This document shows, one piece after another, positions 12,504-23,350 of a DNA stretch of 39,275 bases (position 1 is its first letter; each line of letters begins with the position of its first letter). The position numbers and the translations under genes were made by a program. The DNA comes from Octopus bimaculoides (lineage: Eukaryota): contig NC_068990.1 in assembly GCF_001194135.2 (NCBI RefSeq), positions 93,667,524-93,706,798 on the forward strand, written 5' to 3'. The notes below the pieces were generated by a model, which saw only the letters and a program-made list of their open reading frames with translations, had not been told where the DNA came from and searched no databases.

Positions 12504-13902
12504 TTATATATATATATATATATATTCATTATGGAATGAGGCCACATGCCATCCTTTGACAAGAGCCTCCTCGACCAAGTTCTGATGATTGATTTTCTTT
12601 AACTAGTGGGAAATATTTAGTCTGTCCTTCCAGGGCACTGAAAGCTCAACCCATAACAAATATCCTAAAATGTTTAACACCAGAACCATAATAAAATACA
12701 GAACTGAAAGAAATTCCATCTTCTTCTTGTGGTTCACTTTTAAATTCAATATGAAAAAGGTGCAAGAATACATTTTCAGACATTTTATCAAACAATTAGT
12801 TTTTGATGTTAAATGCATTTTATTTATTTATTTCCTTTGTTACATGCAATAAATGGTAAAAAAAAAAAAACAATTATCTAAAGTTTCATAGTTGTTGTAT
12901 ACTAGCCTCAAGAAGAAATAAAGATATACATACATACATATTCATATGCACACACATATATACATGCACGCACATACATAGACACACACGTGTGTGTGTA
13001 TATAAGTATAAACCACATATACATATACATTCGTATGTATGTATGTATATACATTTCAAAATTTAGAAAGAACTATTTAAAAAAAGAACTGAAATGATTT
13101 TATTAGAAATAAAGTGAACATTACATCAGATTCAATGAAACAATACAAGGAAGGGGTGTTATATTTGAAAAAATACAGTGCTGCTTCAATGCCTCGGACA
13201 TATTTAGGTAGACTGTGGTGTGATCAGTTCCAACAGAGGTGGCATCATTTTTCTATTTTCTAATTTACTTTTAAAAAATGGTAAGAGCATCAAATTCTGA
13301 AATCTGCAATTGTTTGTATTATAAATGGAGAAATAAATCAAGTGATAAGTAATTAAATTATTAATTTATATATATTACATCATATGGTTGTTTGTTTTAT
13401 TTCAGACATCGTAGCAGAGGCTATGCTGCCTTCATGGTGTATTTTGAAATATTTCTACAAAATTTAATCATGAAATATCCTCCATACACAAAAAAAAAAT
13501 TAATAAAAACTGCAAAATGACTACATCAACAGCAAAAAATGGTGGATGTGATAAATTCTTAGTTTTTAATATATTGTTTAAATTTTGAAATGTTAAATAT
13601 AAAACTTGGAAATTCTGCATAAATAAATAAAGAATCAAAAAATTTGGAATCATATTTTGTTGCTTTAAGATTCTATTTCCAGAGAAAAAGCAAACCCATT
13701 GCAACCAATGCCAGTATGGCAGCAGAAACCATAAGGACACAGAATTAGTTATTTGTGTGGTTCCCTGTGGGCTCTGGTCATACTGGAGCACTGGTCACAA
13801 TTAGTTTGCTTCTATATAGTACATGGAGCCAAGATAAAAAGTGAAATGAAGTAGTAATGTGTTAAATGTATTTAATAAATTTATCAATATAGAATTGGTT
13901 GT

Positions 13903-14330
13903 CCATCCATTGTCTCCACCCACTATTCCTGAGAGGGTCATGGAGGGAGAGTCTTCAGGTGATTCCTCCATGGGCTCCTATTAGGAGCAATTGTCCTTAC
14001 ACTTTCTGGCTGGCTTCCCAAGCATGACCACTTGAGACAATGGACACCATCAGACCTTCCGATTCTTGGTCTAGCTCAAGCTCTTGTACCAGTTGGCTTG
14101 GTTTGAAGAATCTGTCTTGTGGTTCTTTCCTAATCCCATGTCCATAATACCAGAATTGTGACCTCTCGGTGTGAAGCAGTGGCAGGTCAACCTGGAGAGA
14201 CTGCTGAAACTTCAAGCTATGCACCCCAAAGAGTAAAGTAACTTGAGAGATCCCTCAGGGAAATCCCATTTCACCAGCTTGTGTTTGTGATCATACCTTC
14301 TGAGTTATTTACCTGTTTGGTTGTGGAATT
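13903..14330 (-). mobile_element. RTE-clade LINE (Expander/Rex3-like) 3' end, decayed
   Basis: Minus strand reads AGEMGF..ISQVTLL..V.SLKFQQSLQVDLPLLHTERSQFWYYGH.IR then ARPRIGRSDG...RSPWRNHLKTLPP*PSQE*, matching the RTE C-terminus (AAEMGFLRRI..VTLLDRVRS..LLLRIERSQLRWFGHV). Confidence 0.82.
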
Positions 14331-14394
14331 GCGATATTAGAGGAATTTCTATGAACTGAAAGACAGATTTCCAGCAGAAACGTTGACTATTTAT

Positions 14395-14470
14395 ATATTG
14401 GTTTCAAACTTTGGAAGAAGGCCAGTAATTTCAGGGGAACGGCTAAGTCAATTACACTGACCCCAGGTGT
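14395..14470 (-). mobile_element. CORE-type SINE 3' fragment
   Basis: tggtttcaaactttggaagaaggccagtaatttcagggg...aattacactgacccc resembles the tails of the 35832 and 26572 copies. Confidence 0.6.
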
Positions 14471-14999
14471 AAAGATGTACGAAATACCACTAAGTATTTG
14501 GACTAGAATGCTAATGATTCTGCCTGCTCACCACCTGACGATTAGTTATTTAATGGCACAGTATCTAATCCATGGCTTATAAGAGAATCGGATATTCTAG
14601 TTTTAACTTTAAACCTCTTTCTCTCCAATGTCAATTAGACATTAATAAACACCGTCTCATTAAAGTATAAAGTGAAAGACTCAAATTAATTCAGACTAGT
14701 TTTCTTTTTGTTTCTATTCTTAATTTCAAATATCTATCCATACGTAATAAAAATAAATATTCATTCATAGATTACCCAGTGAAAATTTCCCATTCGTTAT
14801 TAAAATAACTACTGATTGACAGTAATTAAAAGACATATTTTTAAAAATCTTAATTCACATTTAAAGCTACAAATATTTCCAATGTTCATTTAAATTGTTT
14901 AAATGACTACAACCATTTGAATTATTTGACTGCTAAAAGTATGGTGACAAGTGACACAATATCAGTTGGCCAAACAAACACACATTCTCTCTCTCTCTC

Positions 15000-15039
<40 letters not shown>

Positions 15040-15189
15040 TTAATGTCGTGCTGTGCAATTTTTTTTTTACAGTAGCTTAGCTAAAAGTGTAAGGGAGATA
15101 ACTTTTGTAAAACTACGATTCATATTTACTGATTCTTCAACCTCCATGGGATTTGTAGGTAATTTGTTGCTGCTTCTTGCCTCCAGCCA

Positions 15190-15241
15190 CTCTAAGCATT
15201 TCGCCGGGCGTGCTAACGTTTCTGCCAGCTCCCCGCCTTGA
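15190..15241 (-). mobile_element. tRNA-derived head of a CORE-type SINE
   Basis: taagcatttcgccgggcgtgctaacgtttctgccagctccccgcctt, the same head as at 19125-19175. Confidence 0.75.
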
Positions 15242-15321
15242 AGCATGTCCAATATTAAAAACTCCATGTGTATTTCTGTTCATGTGTTCGGCAAAGTATT
15301 TGTAGAAAACAAACCAGAGAG

Positions 15322-15460
15322 TAAAGACTATTTGCCAACATAACATGGCAGTCCTGGTTTAGGACGAATGTTGCTGTAATTTAGCCCCAGCAGACATCAT
15401 CTCCAGCTGGCTGTACGACACGATCTGTGTCCTTATTTTCAAACAAAGGAATCTAGCACC
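15322..15460. repeat. Single copy of the repeat that forms the 3877-4039 hairpin
   Basis: agtaaagactatttgccaacataacatggcagtcctggtttaggacgaatg...catcatctccagctggct. Confidence 0.8.
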
Positions 15461-15859
15461 CCCACTCAGCTCAAAACAATATCTGTGTATCGCGATTTAT
15501 ATGAAAAATTGTTTAAATATCTTATAAACAATCACTCACGATTAATTTCGGTGTGTGATGGGGAGGGGGAGGGGGGTAAACAGATAATTTCAAGGACTCC
15601 AAAAATTGCTCACTTTATTACACCGATTACAGTTCCTCATTTACTAATTAAAATCATTAATCCTTCAAACAAAATTAGTTTCTAAAAAAACAAATTTTCC
15701 ACAAATTTCTTTTTGGTGTTTTCATCATCTTATTTTGTTATTGTGTGACTATTCACTGCACATAAACCCTTCGTCAGTAGTAGTAGTAGTAGTAGTAGTA
15801 GTGAAGTTGTTAGAGCATCAGAAAAATATTACCTTTACATTCTCCATTGAAATGAAGCT

Positions 15860-15990
15860 GAGGGGTTGACTTTGCTTTCATCATTTTGAGATCGATAAAA
15901 TGAAGTACAAGACAAGAACTGGGTTGATGGAACAGACAAGCCCCTACCCTCAAAATTAATGGCATTGGGCCTAAGTCACAAACAAAGAGC
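15860..15990 (+). mobile_element. CORE-type SINE fragment
   Basis: gttgactttgctttcatcattttgagatcgataaaatgaagtac is a CORE-like block. Confidence 0.6.
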
Positions 15991-16007
15991 AAAGGGTTGA
16001 CAGAATC

Positions 16008-16200
16008 AGTAGAGTGTTGGCAAAACTGCTTCGTGACATTTCTATCATCTTACATCCCGAGTTCAAGTCACACTGGGGTCACCTTTGTCTTTCATCCATT
16101 TGGGGGTTGGTAAAATAAAGTACCTGTGAAATACTGGGATCAATGTAATGACTTATTTCACATAAAACTGGCATTCTGCCAAAATTTTAAATTATTATAT
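16008..16200 (+). mobile_element. CORE-type SINE, diverged
   Basis: tRNA-like head, gagttcaagtc B-box, and ctttgtctttcatccatttgggggttggtaaaataaagtac CORE-like block. Confidence 0.7.
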
Positions 16201-16936
16201 TTTAAGTGTTTAGCAAATTATATTTACAATATGGCAATTGTCTACAATTCCACTATTTTGGTCTCGATTTCAATGTCTCTATGTATCTTAAACGGTTGTT
16301 TTAATGTTGTGTTCTTCAAGTTTCTATGGCAACAACGGTAATATTCATTCCCATGCCCTTACAGAATAATCTCAGTTCTAGATCTCGTCTCTGCAAAACT
16401 CAGGTTTCCAAAACCACTGAGTCATCCTATTAAGAGGACATTATCTCAAAGTTTGTCGCAGTTCACTTTTGAAGCAGTTTATTTGTCAACTGTTTCTAAA
16501 TTTCATCTTATGTTTACACCTGTACCCCAGCCACCACCTGCAGTAAATCAATCTGAATGTTATCTCAAATTCCAACCTTCCTCAGTTATCGCCACCCTCG
16601 ACTTCTCCATACTAATATCTAGAACCATAGTTTATTGGTAGACAAAACTCTTCGTGCTTTACCAGTGAATAACAGTGATTGTGCTTTCTTAATGAGAGGT
16701 AGAAAAATATGGAATTATTCTGTTGTTAAAAAGGTGCAGAGGAACAAATCAGGTTAAAGAGAAAAGAAATTAATTAGTTAATTAGTGATATGGTATTTAT
16801 TGCTCAGTGGGGAACTGATTAAAAAAATAGAAAAATATGACTTTAGCAACCATATAACCTGAAAGTGTCCAGTGCTGGGCAAGAAATTTTAGTGGTGGAA
16901 AAAAAAATGTTTGAAAATTTGACATTATTAAAACAA

Positions 16937-18043
16937 TCATTTGTAAACATGTACCTGGGTAGAGTCACTTATCAATGACTGAGCTGCATATTTCTTGAAC
17001 ATGCTCCAAAATGTTGGGAGAATCGGATCAGTATAATAGTGCACCAAATGTGGGAAAGCTTTACGGAAATGGCTAGTGGCTTCTAGAAGATGATAGTGGG
17101 GTACTATACTAAATAGATGGTGGATCTGGTGTGTGCCAATGTCATGGGTTAATCCATGCACCCAACCATAATCCCTATCAATTGAGGATAATTGCCCTGA
17201 AACATAGGTCCATTGATCATCTGAATACCAAGGGATGTTGACATCATGGTGGTGTAAGAAAGTAAACACCACCATGTAGGTGGAAAACACAAAAAGAGGA
17301 ATGAAATAATGGTGAACAAGCATTAGAAACCCTTTCTGCTGGTAAAACATGTACAAAATATAAGCCATTATGAAGTCTCCTATAAAAGATAAAGTACATC
17401 CCAGAAAATGGTTCTGAAAGAGAAAATGGAATGGATTGAAATGATTGACTTGTCGTGGCTTATAACCACGCACCAAGTAACCAAACCATCCTAAACCAAG
17501 ACCGAATCCAGGTAAAAGCTGGGTTGATATCTTTCGGAATTTTTTCTTGATGGGGTAATAGACTTCATCTTTATCAATATTTCCGGTGTTTTTGTGATGG
17601 TTTTTGTGGGACAGTTTCCAAGTATAGTAAGGACATAACAGAAAAGAATGTAATAGGGTTCCCATTGTATCGTTTAATAAGGGATGATGGGAGAAAGAAC
17701 CATGTCCACAGTCGTGTCCCAGAACAAAGATAGCAGTGAACATGGTCCCTTGTAAGAACCAATAAAGAGGTATATGTACAATACCTGCCGACACAGGTAA
17801 GTTATTCATGGCCCACTCACTAATTACGTACAGGACTGTCATACTAACGACATCACGAACAACATAATACATTGACGTAGAAACTTTAGGATTGAAACAT
17901 CGAGCTGGTATAACTTGTTTGATCTGAGTGATGGTTGGCAAGTTCTGTGGCACACCAACTTTAAAAAGTTCTTCAACCTCCTGCTCCGAATTGCCAGATG
18001 TTTGCATTGAAGTGGCTCCATCACAGTCTTCTTCCAAAACCAT
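16937..18043 (-). CDS. Methyl-end (omega-x; Delta12/omega-3) fatty acyl desaturase, 368 aa, CDS uninterrupted by introns
   Basis: Longest real ORF in the window. It has the three His boxes of membrane desaturases: HDCGH (VLGHDCGHGSFS), HKNHH (WKLSHKNHHKNTGNIDKDE) and HQIHH (THDIGTHQIHHLF). It also has the FAD2/FAD3-type motifs IKQVIPARCF and SIDRDYG..HDIGTH and hydrophobic TM stretches. The start is set at accATGG (18043), not the ORF-track start at 18094, because the extra 17 codons are a polypyrimidine tract ending in AG. Confidence 0.96.
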   Translation of the reverse strand: MVLEEDCDGATSMQTSGNSEQEVEELFKVGVPQNLPTITQIKQVIPARCFNPKVSTSMYYVVRDVVSMTVLYVISEWAMNNLPVSAGIVHIPLYWFLQGTMFTAIFVLGHDCGHGSFSHHPLLNDTMGTLLHSFLLCPYYTWKLSHKNHHKNTGNIDKDEVYYPIKKKFRKISTQLLPGFGLGLGWFGYLVRGYKPRQVNHFNPFHFLFQNHFLGCTLSFIGDFIMAYILYMFYQQKGFLMLVHHYFIPLFVFSTYMVVFTFLHHHDVNIPWYSDDQWTYVSGQLSSIDRDYGWVHGLTHDIGTHQIHHLFSIVPHYHLLEATSHFRKAFPHLVHYYTDPILPTFWSMFKKYAAQSLISDSTQVHVYK

Positions 18044-18048
18044 GGTGT

Positions 18049-18095
18049 CTGTCGAAAAAATCAAAAAAAAAGGCAAAAACTGAATAAACATCAAG
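18049..18095 (-). promoter_or_regulatory. 3' splice site (branch point, polypyrimidine tract, AG) of a 5'-UTR intron of the desaturase
   Basis: Minus strand reads cttgat...tttttgcctttttttttgattttttcgacAG|acaccATGG. The AG is 5 nt before a strong Kozak ATG. Confidence 0.72.
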
Positions 18096-18109
18096 TGATA
18101 TAATATTGT

Positions 18110-18495
18110 TGGGGCTGATGCACTTTCACACCTCTCCTTGAAAAATGCAGTTTTTTGAAAAAATAATTGGGGGATTCCTAAGTTTTAGATGTTGGAGATT
18201 ATGAATATGCAAAAAACACATTTTTATCTCTTTATACACATATCTATATATGCTTATTGAATTTAAAATTTTGAAAACGTGGTTTCTTGCATATTCGGAA
18301 TCTCTGTCATCTAAACAGGGAAAAAAATTTCGAAAAAGTTCAAAATTTTAAGGGGGAAAATGAGGGGGTGGGGTGCAGTGAACTTTTTTTTTTTTCATAT
18401 TCGTAATCTCCGACATCTTAAACATAGGAATCTGGAGAAAAAAAAATTTTTTTAATGCATTTTTCAAGGAGAGGTGCAAAACTGCATCAGCCCCA
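18110..18495. mobile_element. MITE with about 105-bp terminal inverted repeats (Tc1/mariner-like, TA on the right flank)
   Basis: Left arm tggggctgatgcactttcacacctctccttgaaaaatgca...gattcctaagttttagatgttggagattatgaatatg matches the reverse complement of the right arm catattcgtaatctccgacatcttaaacataggaatc...tgcatttttcaaggagaggtgcaaaactgcatcagcccca. Confidence 0.85.
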
Positions 18496-19034
18496 TATTG
18501 TAATACTATTAAGTCGATTAAGGAGTTCAATGTCTCTCATCATACTAAACAGATGCAAAACATCATTATACATCGTCACCATTCATNNNNNNNNNNNNNN
18601 NNNNNNNNNNNNNNNNNNNNNNNNNNNNNNNNNNNNNNNNNNNNNNNNNNNNNNNNNNNNNNNNNNNNNNNNNNNNNNNNNNNNNNNNNNNNNNNNNNNN
18701 NNNNNNNNNNNNNNNNNNNNNNNNNNNNNNNNNNACCACCACTCACACACCTTCTTATACCATCATTTCCCCCCCCCCATTATTTCTCCTCTATATTGTT
18801 ACTGTTTCTGCTCTTCCAGACACAGTTGTTCCCCTTTGCCCGTCAGATGTAAAAATTACTTTTTTGTTTTTTTTTATAGCTTCGTTGTGGCTGCCCGTCA
18901 TCGTCATCGTCATCATCATCATCATCATTACTATTATAAGTTAGTGAGTTGGCAGAATCAACAAAATGAATCAGACAAAAAGCTTAACAGCACTTCTTCT
19001 GGTTCTTTGTGTTCTAAGTTCAAATTCAAGTACC

Positions 19035-19175
19035 CCTTGAGTACAGGAGCTGACGTCATCAACTTATCCACTCATAAGTTCCTCGGCGGAATTTGAACTC
19101 AGAACATAAAGACAGACGAAATATCACTGAGCATTTCGCCCGGCGTGCTAACACTTCTGCCAGCTCGATGCCTGC
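19035..19175 (-). mobile_element. CORE-type SINE 5' part
   Basis: cggcggaatttgaactcagaac (B-box, reverse) and gagcatttcgcccggcgtgctaac..tctgccagctc head. Confidence 0.75.
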
Positions 19176-19252
19176 TTTGGTATGGTTTCTATGGCTGGAT
19201 GCCCTTCCTAACGCCAACCACGAGTGAGTAAACAGTCATCATCATCATCAAC
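19176..19252 (-). mobile_element. Fragment of the family with a (GAT)n tail (RTE-tail-like)
   Basis: ggtttctatggctggatgcccttcctaacgccaaccac is shared with 26140-26175. Confidence 0.65.
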
Positions 19253-20282
19253 TGTTATTAAGGATAGATATATATTTCATATACGTACATATATATATAC
19301 ATGAACACACATAAATACACACAGAGATTTGTCCATGTAAGTAAAATTGAGGTCCTAAAGGCATGCCATTTACGCCTATACCCTTTCACATATTCTGTCC
19401 CTGCAAATCTCTCCCCAACAACTTGTCTTACCAACACCCCCACCACCACCACTTGCATTCACAATTCACTACATTTTGATTCTGACTTTCCATTATTTTA
19501 ATTATAATCTGTTATTTCTAAAAACAAACTTTATTCAAATATGTTTGTGAGATATTTTAACTTTGAAAGGCGAATTCACTGCAGATTATCATAGAGGGAA
19601 AAATTCTCACTTTATGCTAATAGGTGTAAAAACTATTCCCTATTGAAGACAGCATAACATTTCAGAAATGCCTCAAGGGTCCACTAGAGGGAGCCACTGG
19701 ACTGACAATTGTGTTTTTTTTTTTTTTATCTTACACTTATTACCATAAAGAGAGATTTTTTTTCTCCATAATTTGCAGTCAATTTGCCTTTAGAAGTTAA
19801 AAAATGCCACAAACATATTGAAACTAACCTAAAGTTTGTTTATTTTCCCACCACTGCTTTCAGCTACAATTTATGTTTAATTATTTCTGTAGTACACTTA
19901 CGTATATGTCGTAACACGTTTAGCTACATGTTGCAGTACATCAGTGTTACTGGGGTACATTTTGGGTGCAATTGCTCTATACTAATACAAAGTGACACCT
20001 GTATAGTAATGTAAACTTAGAGATACAATTGTGGAGAGGTTATTTGTTATTCTAATTTCATCATCATCATCATCATGGCTGTCATTATAACCATTGTTAT
20101 GTTTAACCAACCCCTGCCTGGTTATCCCCATCAAGTATTTACTGAAATGTATTGACTAACATTGCAGGAGTCTGCTCACTGTTTATTCCTTAAGTAGCAG
20201 TCAAGTGTTGTGTGTCAATTTAGTAATCTTATAAATCATTGTAAATGGGAATGGAAGTTATTGAAGACGTAAACTACTTTAC

Positions 20283-20338
20283 GGAGTCACAGCTTCCATA
20301 TGTCTTGGTGTATCTTTGCATGTCTACATGAGACTCGG
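20283..20338 (-). other. Candidate 56-nt internal exon (unassigned)
   Basis: Strong acceptor ttttttctgtctgtctgtctcccacAG and donor GTAAAG. One open frame (xESHVDMQRYTKTYGSCDS). No homology recognised. Confidence 0.3.
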
Positions 20339-20788
20339 CTGTGGGAGACAGACAGACAGAAAAAACAAGCACAAGAGATAGAGTTAAAGCTGGTGCTAAG
20401 GTAAATATGGTTGAGACAATGGTAGAAGGATGGTGGGGGAGGGGGGAAGACAGTGACAACATCAATATGTGGTGTATGGGTTGATGCAGATTGTGAAGTG
20501 TGTAGTGTTTGTATGTAAAGTAAACAGAAGAAGACAGACAAACCAACTGACTGTGCAGTGTTATCTAAAGACCAAGCTAATCGATAAAATGTGTAAAGGC
20601 TGAACTAATCAATAAACCTGAGTAAAGACCAAAGTAATCGATAAACCAACTGAAAAACAAAATATTATGATTAAAAACACATCTTGTGAGCAGAGACTGT
20701 CAAAATGAATGGCAAGCTTGATTAGTTTTTAATTTTGATGGTGCAGAATTCAATATCTCTTCTCCTGCCTTCTTTCTTTATCTCTCTA

Positions 20789-20837
<49 letters not shown>

Positions 20838-21157
20838 TCATCATCAAAACCACTACCATCATCATTGTCAACATCATCAACACCATCATCATCATCAGTA
20901 GTATAACAATATCTTAATGTTTATTTTATGCGCTGATATGGGTTGGACACATCTGCAGTCCTGTGTCACCTCCTCTGAGAAACTGGAGAGTTTTCTCAGA
21001 TTTTAATTTACCATTTTTCTGGGTAAGATAAGGAATGGTTAAGCATTCCTTCCTTTCAACTACAAACCCAACCCATAATATAATCCTCATGTATTTCTTC
21101 TATTCCTATTTGCAACAATATTGCCATTTCTCTGGCAAACCAATTCTCTTCAGAATT

Positions 21158-21211
21158 CCACTTTAAGGGAACCACTTTAAGGGAACCACTTTAAGGGAAC
21201 CACTTTAAGGG
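21158..21211. repeat. 14-bp tandem repeat, about 3.9 copies of ccactttaagggaa
   Basis: Read directly; the copies are identical. Confidence 0.95.
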
Positions 21212-21377
21212 TGTTTCCCACTCCTCCCTTTGCTGTTGTTCTGTCGTTGTTGTTGCCAGAACTTATTCACTTGTTCGCTCTCAACCACCCCACCCCCCAA
21301 CTTTCAACTCTGGCAACTACAAACCTGTCTAATGGTCGACCCTCTTGATTCTGTCCGACGTGTGCAAGTATTTGTGA

Positions 21378-21415
<38 letters not shown>

Positions 21416-21449
21416 CTATGTTAACAGATGTAATGATTACCAGATGCTT

Positions 21450-21600
21450 AAGAAGTTTACTTCATAATCGTGAGGTGCCAGGTTCAATCTCACTTTGTGG
21501 CACCTTTGGAAACTATGTTCTACCAAAACCTTCGATGGACCCAAACCATGTGAGTGGAACTGGTTAAAGAGAAATTGTGCGGAAAACTCATGGATGGATT
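21450..21600 (+). mobile_element. SINE family A, old diverged 5' half
   Basis: ccaggttcaatctcactttgtggcacctttggaaac...atgtgagtggaactgg aligns loosely to the family A head. Confidence 0.6.
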
Positions 21601-22545
21601 GTACTTGTAGTTCAAGGGAAAAGAACCATTGTGGTGCTGATCTGTGAGATACGCAGCCGTTTATACTTAATGAGTTTAAAGGTGTGGTGATTGACTCAGT
21701 GGGACTCAAAATAGAAAGTAATGCAAAATTCATTTACAAATGTTATGCATGTGTGTGTGTAGTTTAAAATAAACACACACACACACGCATGCATGCACAC
21801 ACATACACATGCACAACACACACACACATGCAAATACACACACACACACACAAGCATGCGCACATGCACTCACATACACGCACCAATACATGCAAGCACA
21901 CATACACATGCACTCACACACACATGCACTCACACACACACAACACCATTACCACCACCTCACCCATACCCTCTCTCCCCTACCCTCTCCCTTGTATGAC
22001 CAACATGTAAGGCACAGTCCTTCTTATATTCCATCAGAGAACAATTTGACCCCTTATTGATCATCCTTGATTTCAAAGTTTCTGACCCCTTTTCTCTGCT
22101 TTTTACTTTCTCGTATATTTAAGGCCCAGCGAGACACTTTCTACATGTGCGTGTGTGTCTGTGTGTGTGTGCATGTGCGTGCGTGTGTATGCATGTGTGC
22201 GTGTGTACATGCTTGTACCTATAAATGTGTATATGTATGCATGTGTATGTGTTTGTGTGTACTTGTGTGCACATGAGAGCATATATGTACATGTGTGTGC
22301 GTATTTGTACATATGTGTACACGTGTGTATGTGCATGCATATGTGTGTGTGTGTAAGAGAGAAAGGGAGGGAGAGAGAGAGAAAGGGAGAGAGAGAGAGA
22401 GAGAGGAGTGAACTAGAAATAGAAATTGCTGGAATGGTTTAATGTTTCAGAACAGAGCAACTGTTTATTTCCAGAACTGATGCTGGAATTAGCTGATGAA
22501 GAGAGGTTAAAATATATCTGTGTGATAACTAATAGAGAACATAAT

Positions 22546-22840
22546 TTTTGCAAGCCTAGTACTTATTCTATTGGTCTCTTTTTGCTGAACCGCTAAGTTA
22601 TTGGGATGTAAACACACCAAGATCAGTTGTCAAGCGATGCTGGGGCGGGGAACAAACACACACACACACACACACATATACGACAGGCTTCTTTCAGTTT
22701 CTGTCTACCAAATCCACTCACAAGGTTTTGGTTAGCTTGAGGCTATAGTAGAAGAGACTTGCCCAAGGTGCCATGCAGTGGGACTGAACCTAGAACCATG
22801 TAGTTGGTAAGCAAGCTACTTACCACACAGCCACACCTGC
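22546..22840 (-). mobile_element. SINE family A (3' tail missing)
   Basis: caagcctagtacttattcta...(CA)n...cagtgggactgaacctagaaccatg..taccacacagccac. Confidence 0.88.
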
Positions 22841-22847
22841 ATATATA

Positions 22848-22887
<40 letters not shown>

Positions 22888-22897
22888 NNNNNNNNNN

Positions 22898-22941
<44 letters not shown>

Positions 22942-23229
22942 GCACACTCCCAATGTCACAATACCAACCTTAAACAAACCAGTAACTTCAATTAGTGTCA
23001 CCAGCCTCCTCTGTTGCTATAGTAACTAAATTTCCCTCCACACCCTGCTGTCTTTGAAGTGGAGACCACATGTTTTTAAATCCTATATCTTAAGACTCCA
23101 CAGGAAAAATAATATAATTCCTACTAAAACACGGATTAACCATTTCTGATAATATTTCTGCTGAAATCCACTGCTTTTGTTTCAATTACTTTTGAAAATA
23201 ATGGAGAATATTATTTTGCTTGCAAGCAA

Positions 23230-23350
23230 GTGAGGGATGGGGACAGGAAAGGCACCCAACTGTAGAAAATTAGTCTCAACAAATTCCATCTGACCTGTGC
23301 AAAGTACTGAAAAGTGGATGTCCAAATTAGTGGTGGTGGTGGTGGTGGTG
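23230..23350 (+). mobile_element. Diverged RTE-tail-like SINE/LINE 3' fragment
   Basis: gacaggaaaggcacccaactgtagaaaa...aaaagtggatgt followed by a trinucleotide tail; homologous to the 26028 and 35355 fragments. Confidence 0.5.

Noticed and set aside
13396-13467. Acceptor-like ttttatttcAG followed by a short frame DIVAEAMLPSWCILKYFYKI*
   Set aside because: No recognisable homology or partner exons; such signals are common in AT-rich DNA.
17839-18024. 61-aa overlapping alternative-frame ORF inside the desaturase
   Set aside because: Short and unrecognisable; expected by chance.
18044-18094. N-terminal extension MMFIQFLPFFLIFSTDT that looks like a signal peptide
   Set aside because: It is the polypyrimidine tract and acceptor of the intron; the true start is most likely the Kozak ATG at 18043.
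21158-21211. Regular short repeats as a possible CRISPR array
   Set aside because: There are no spacers, the context is eukaryotic and no cas genes are present.
22490-22525. CUGAUGAAG motif, also at about 25576 and (as CUGACGA) on the minus strand near 15775
   Set aside because: No paired stem II followed by GAAA, so not a complete hammerhead; at most decayed remnants.
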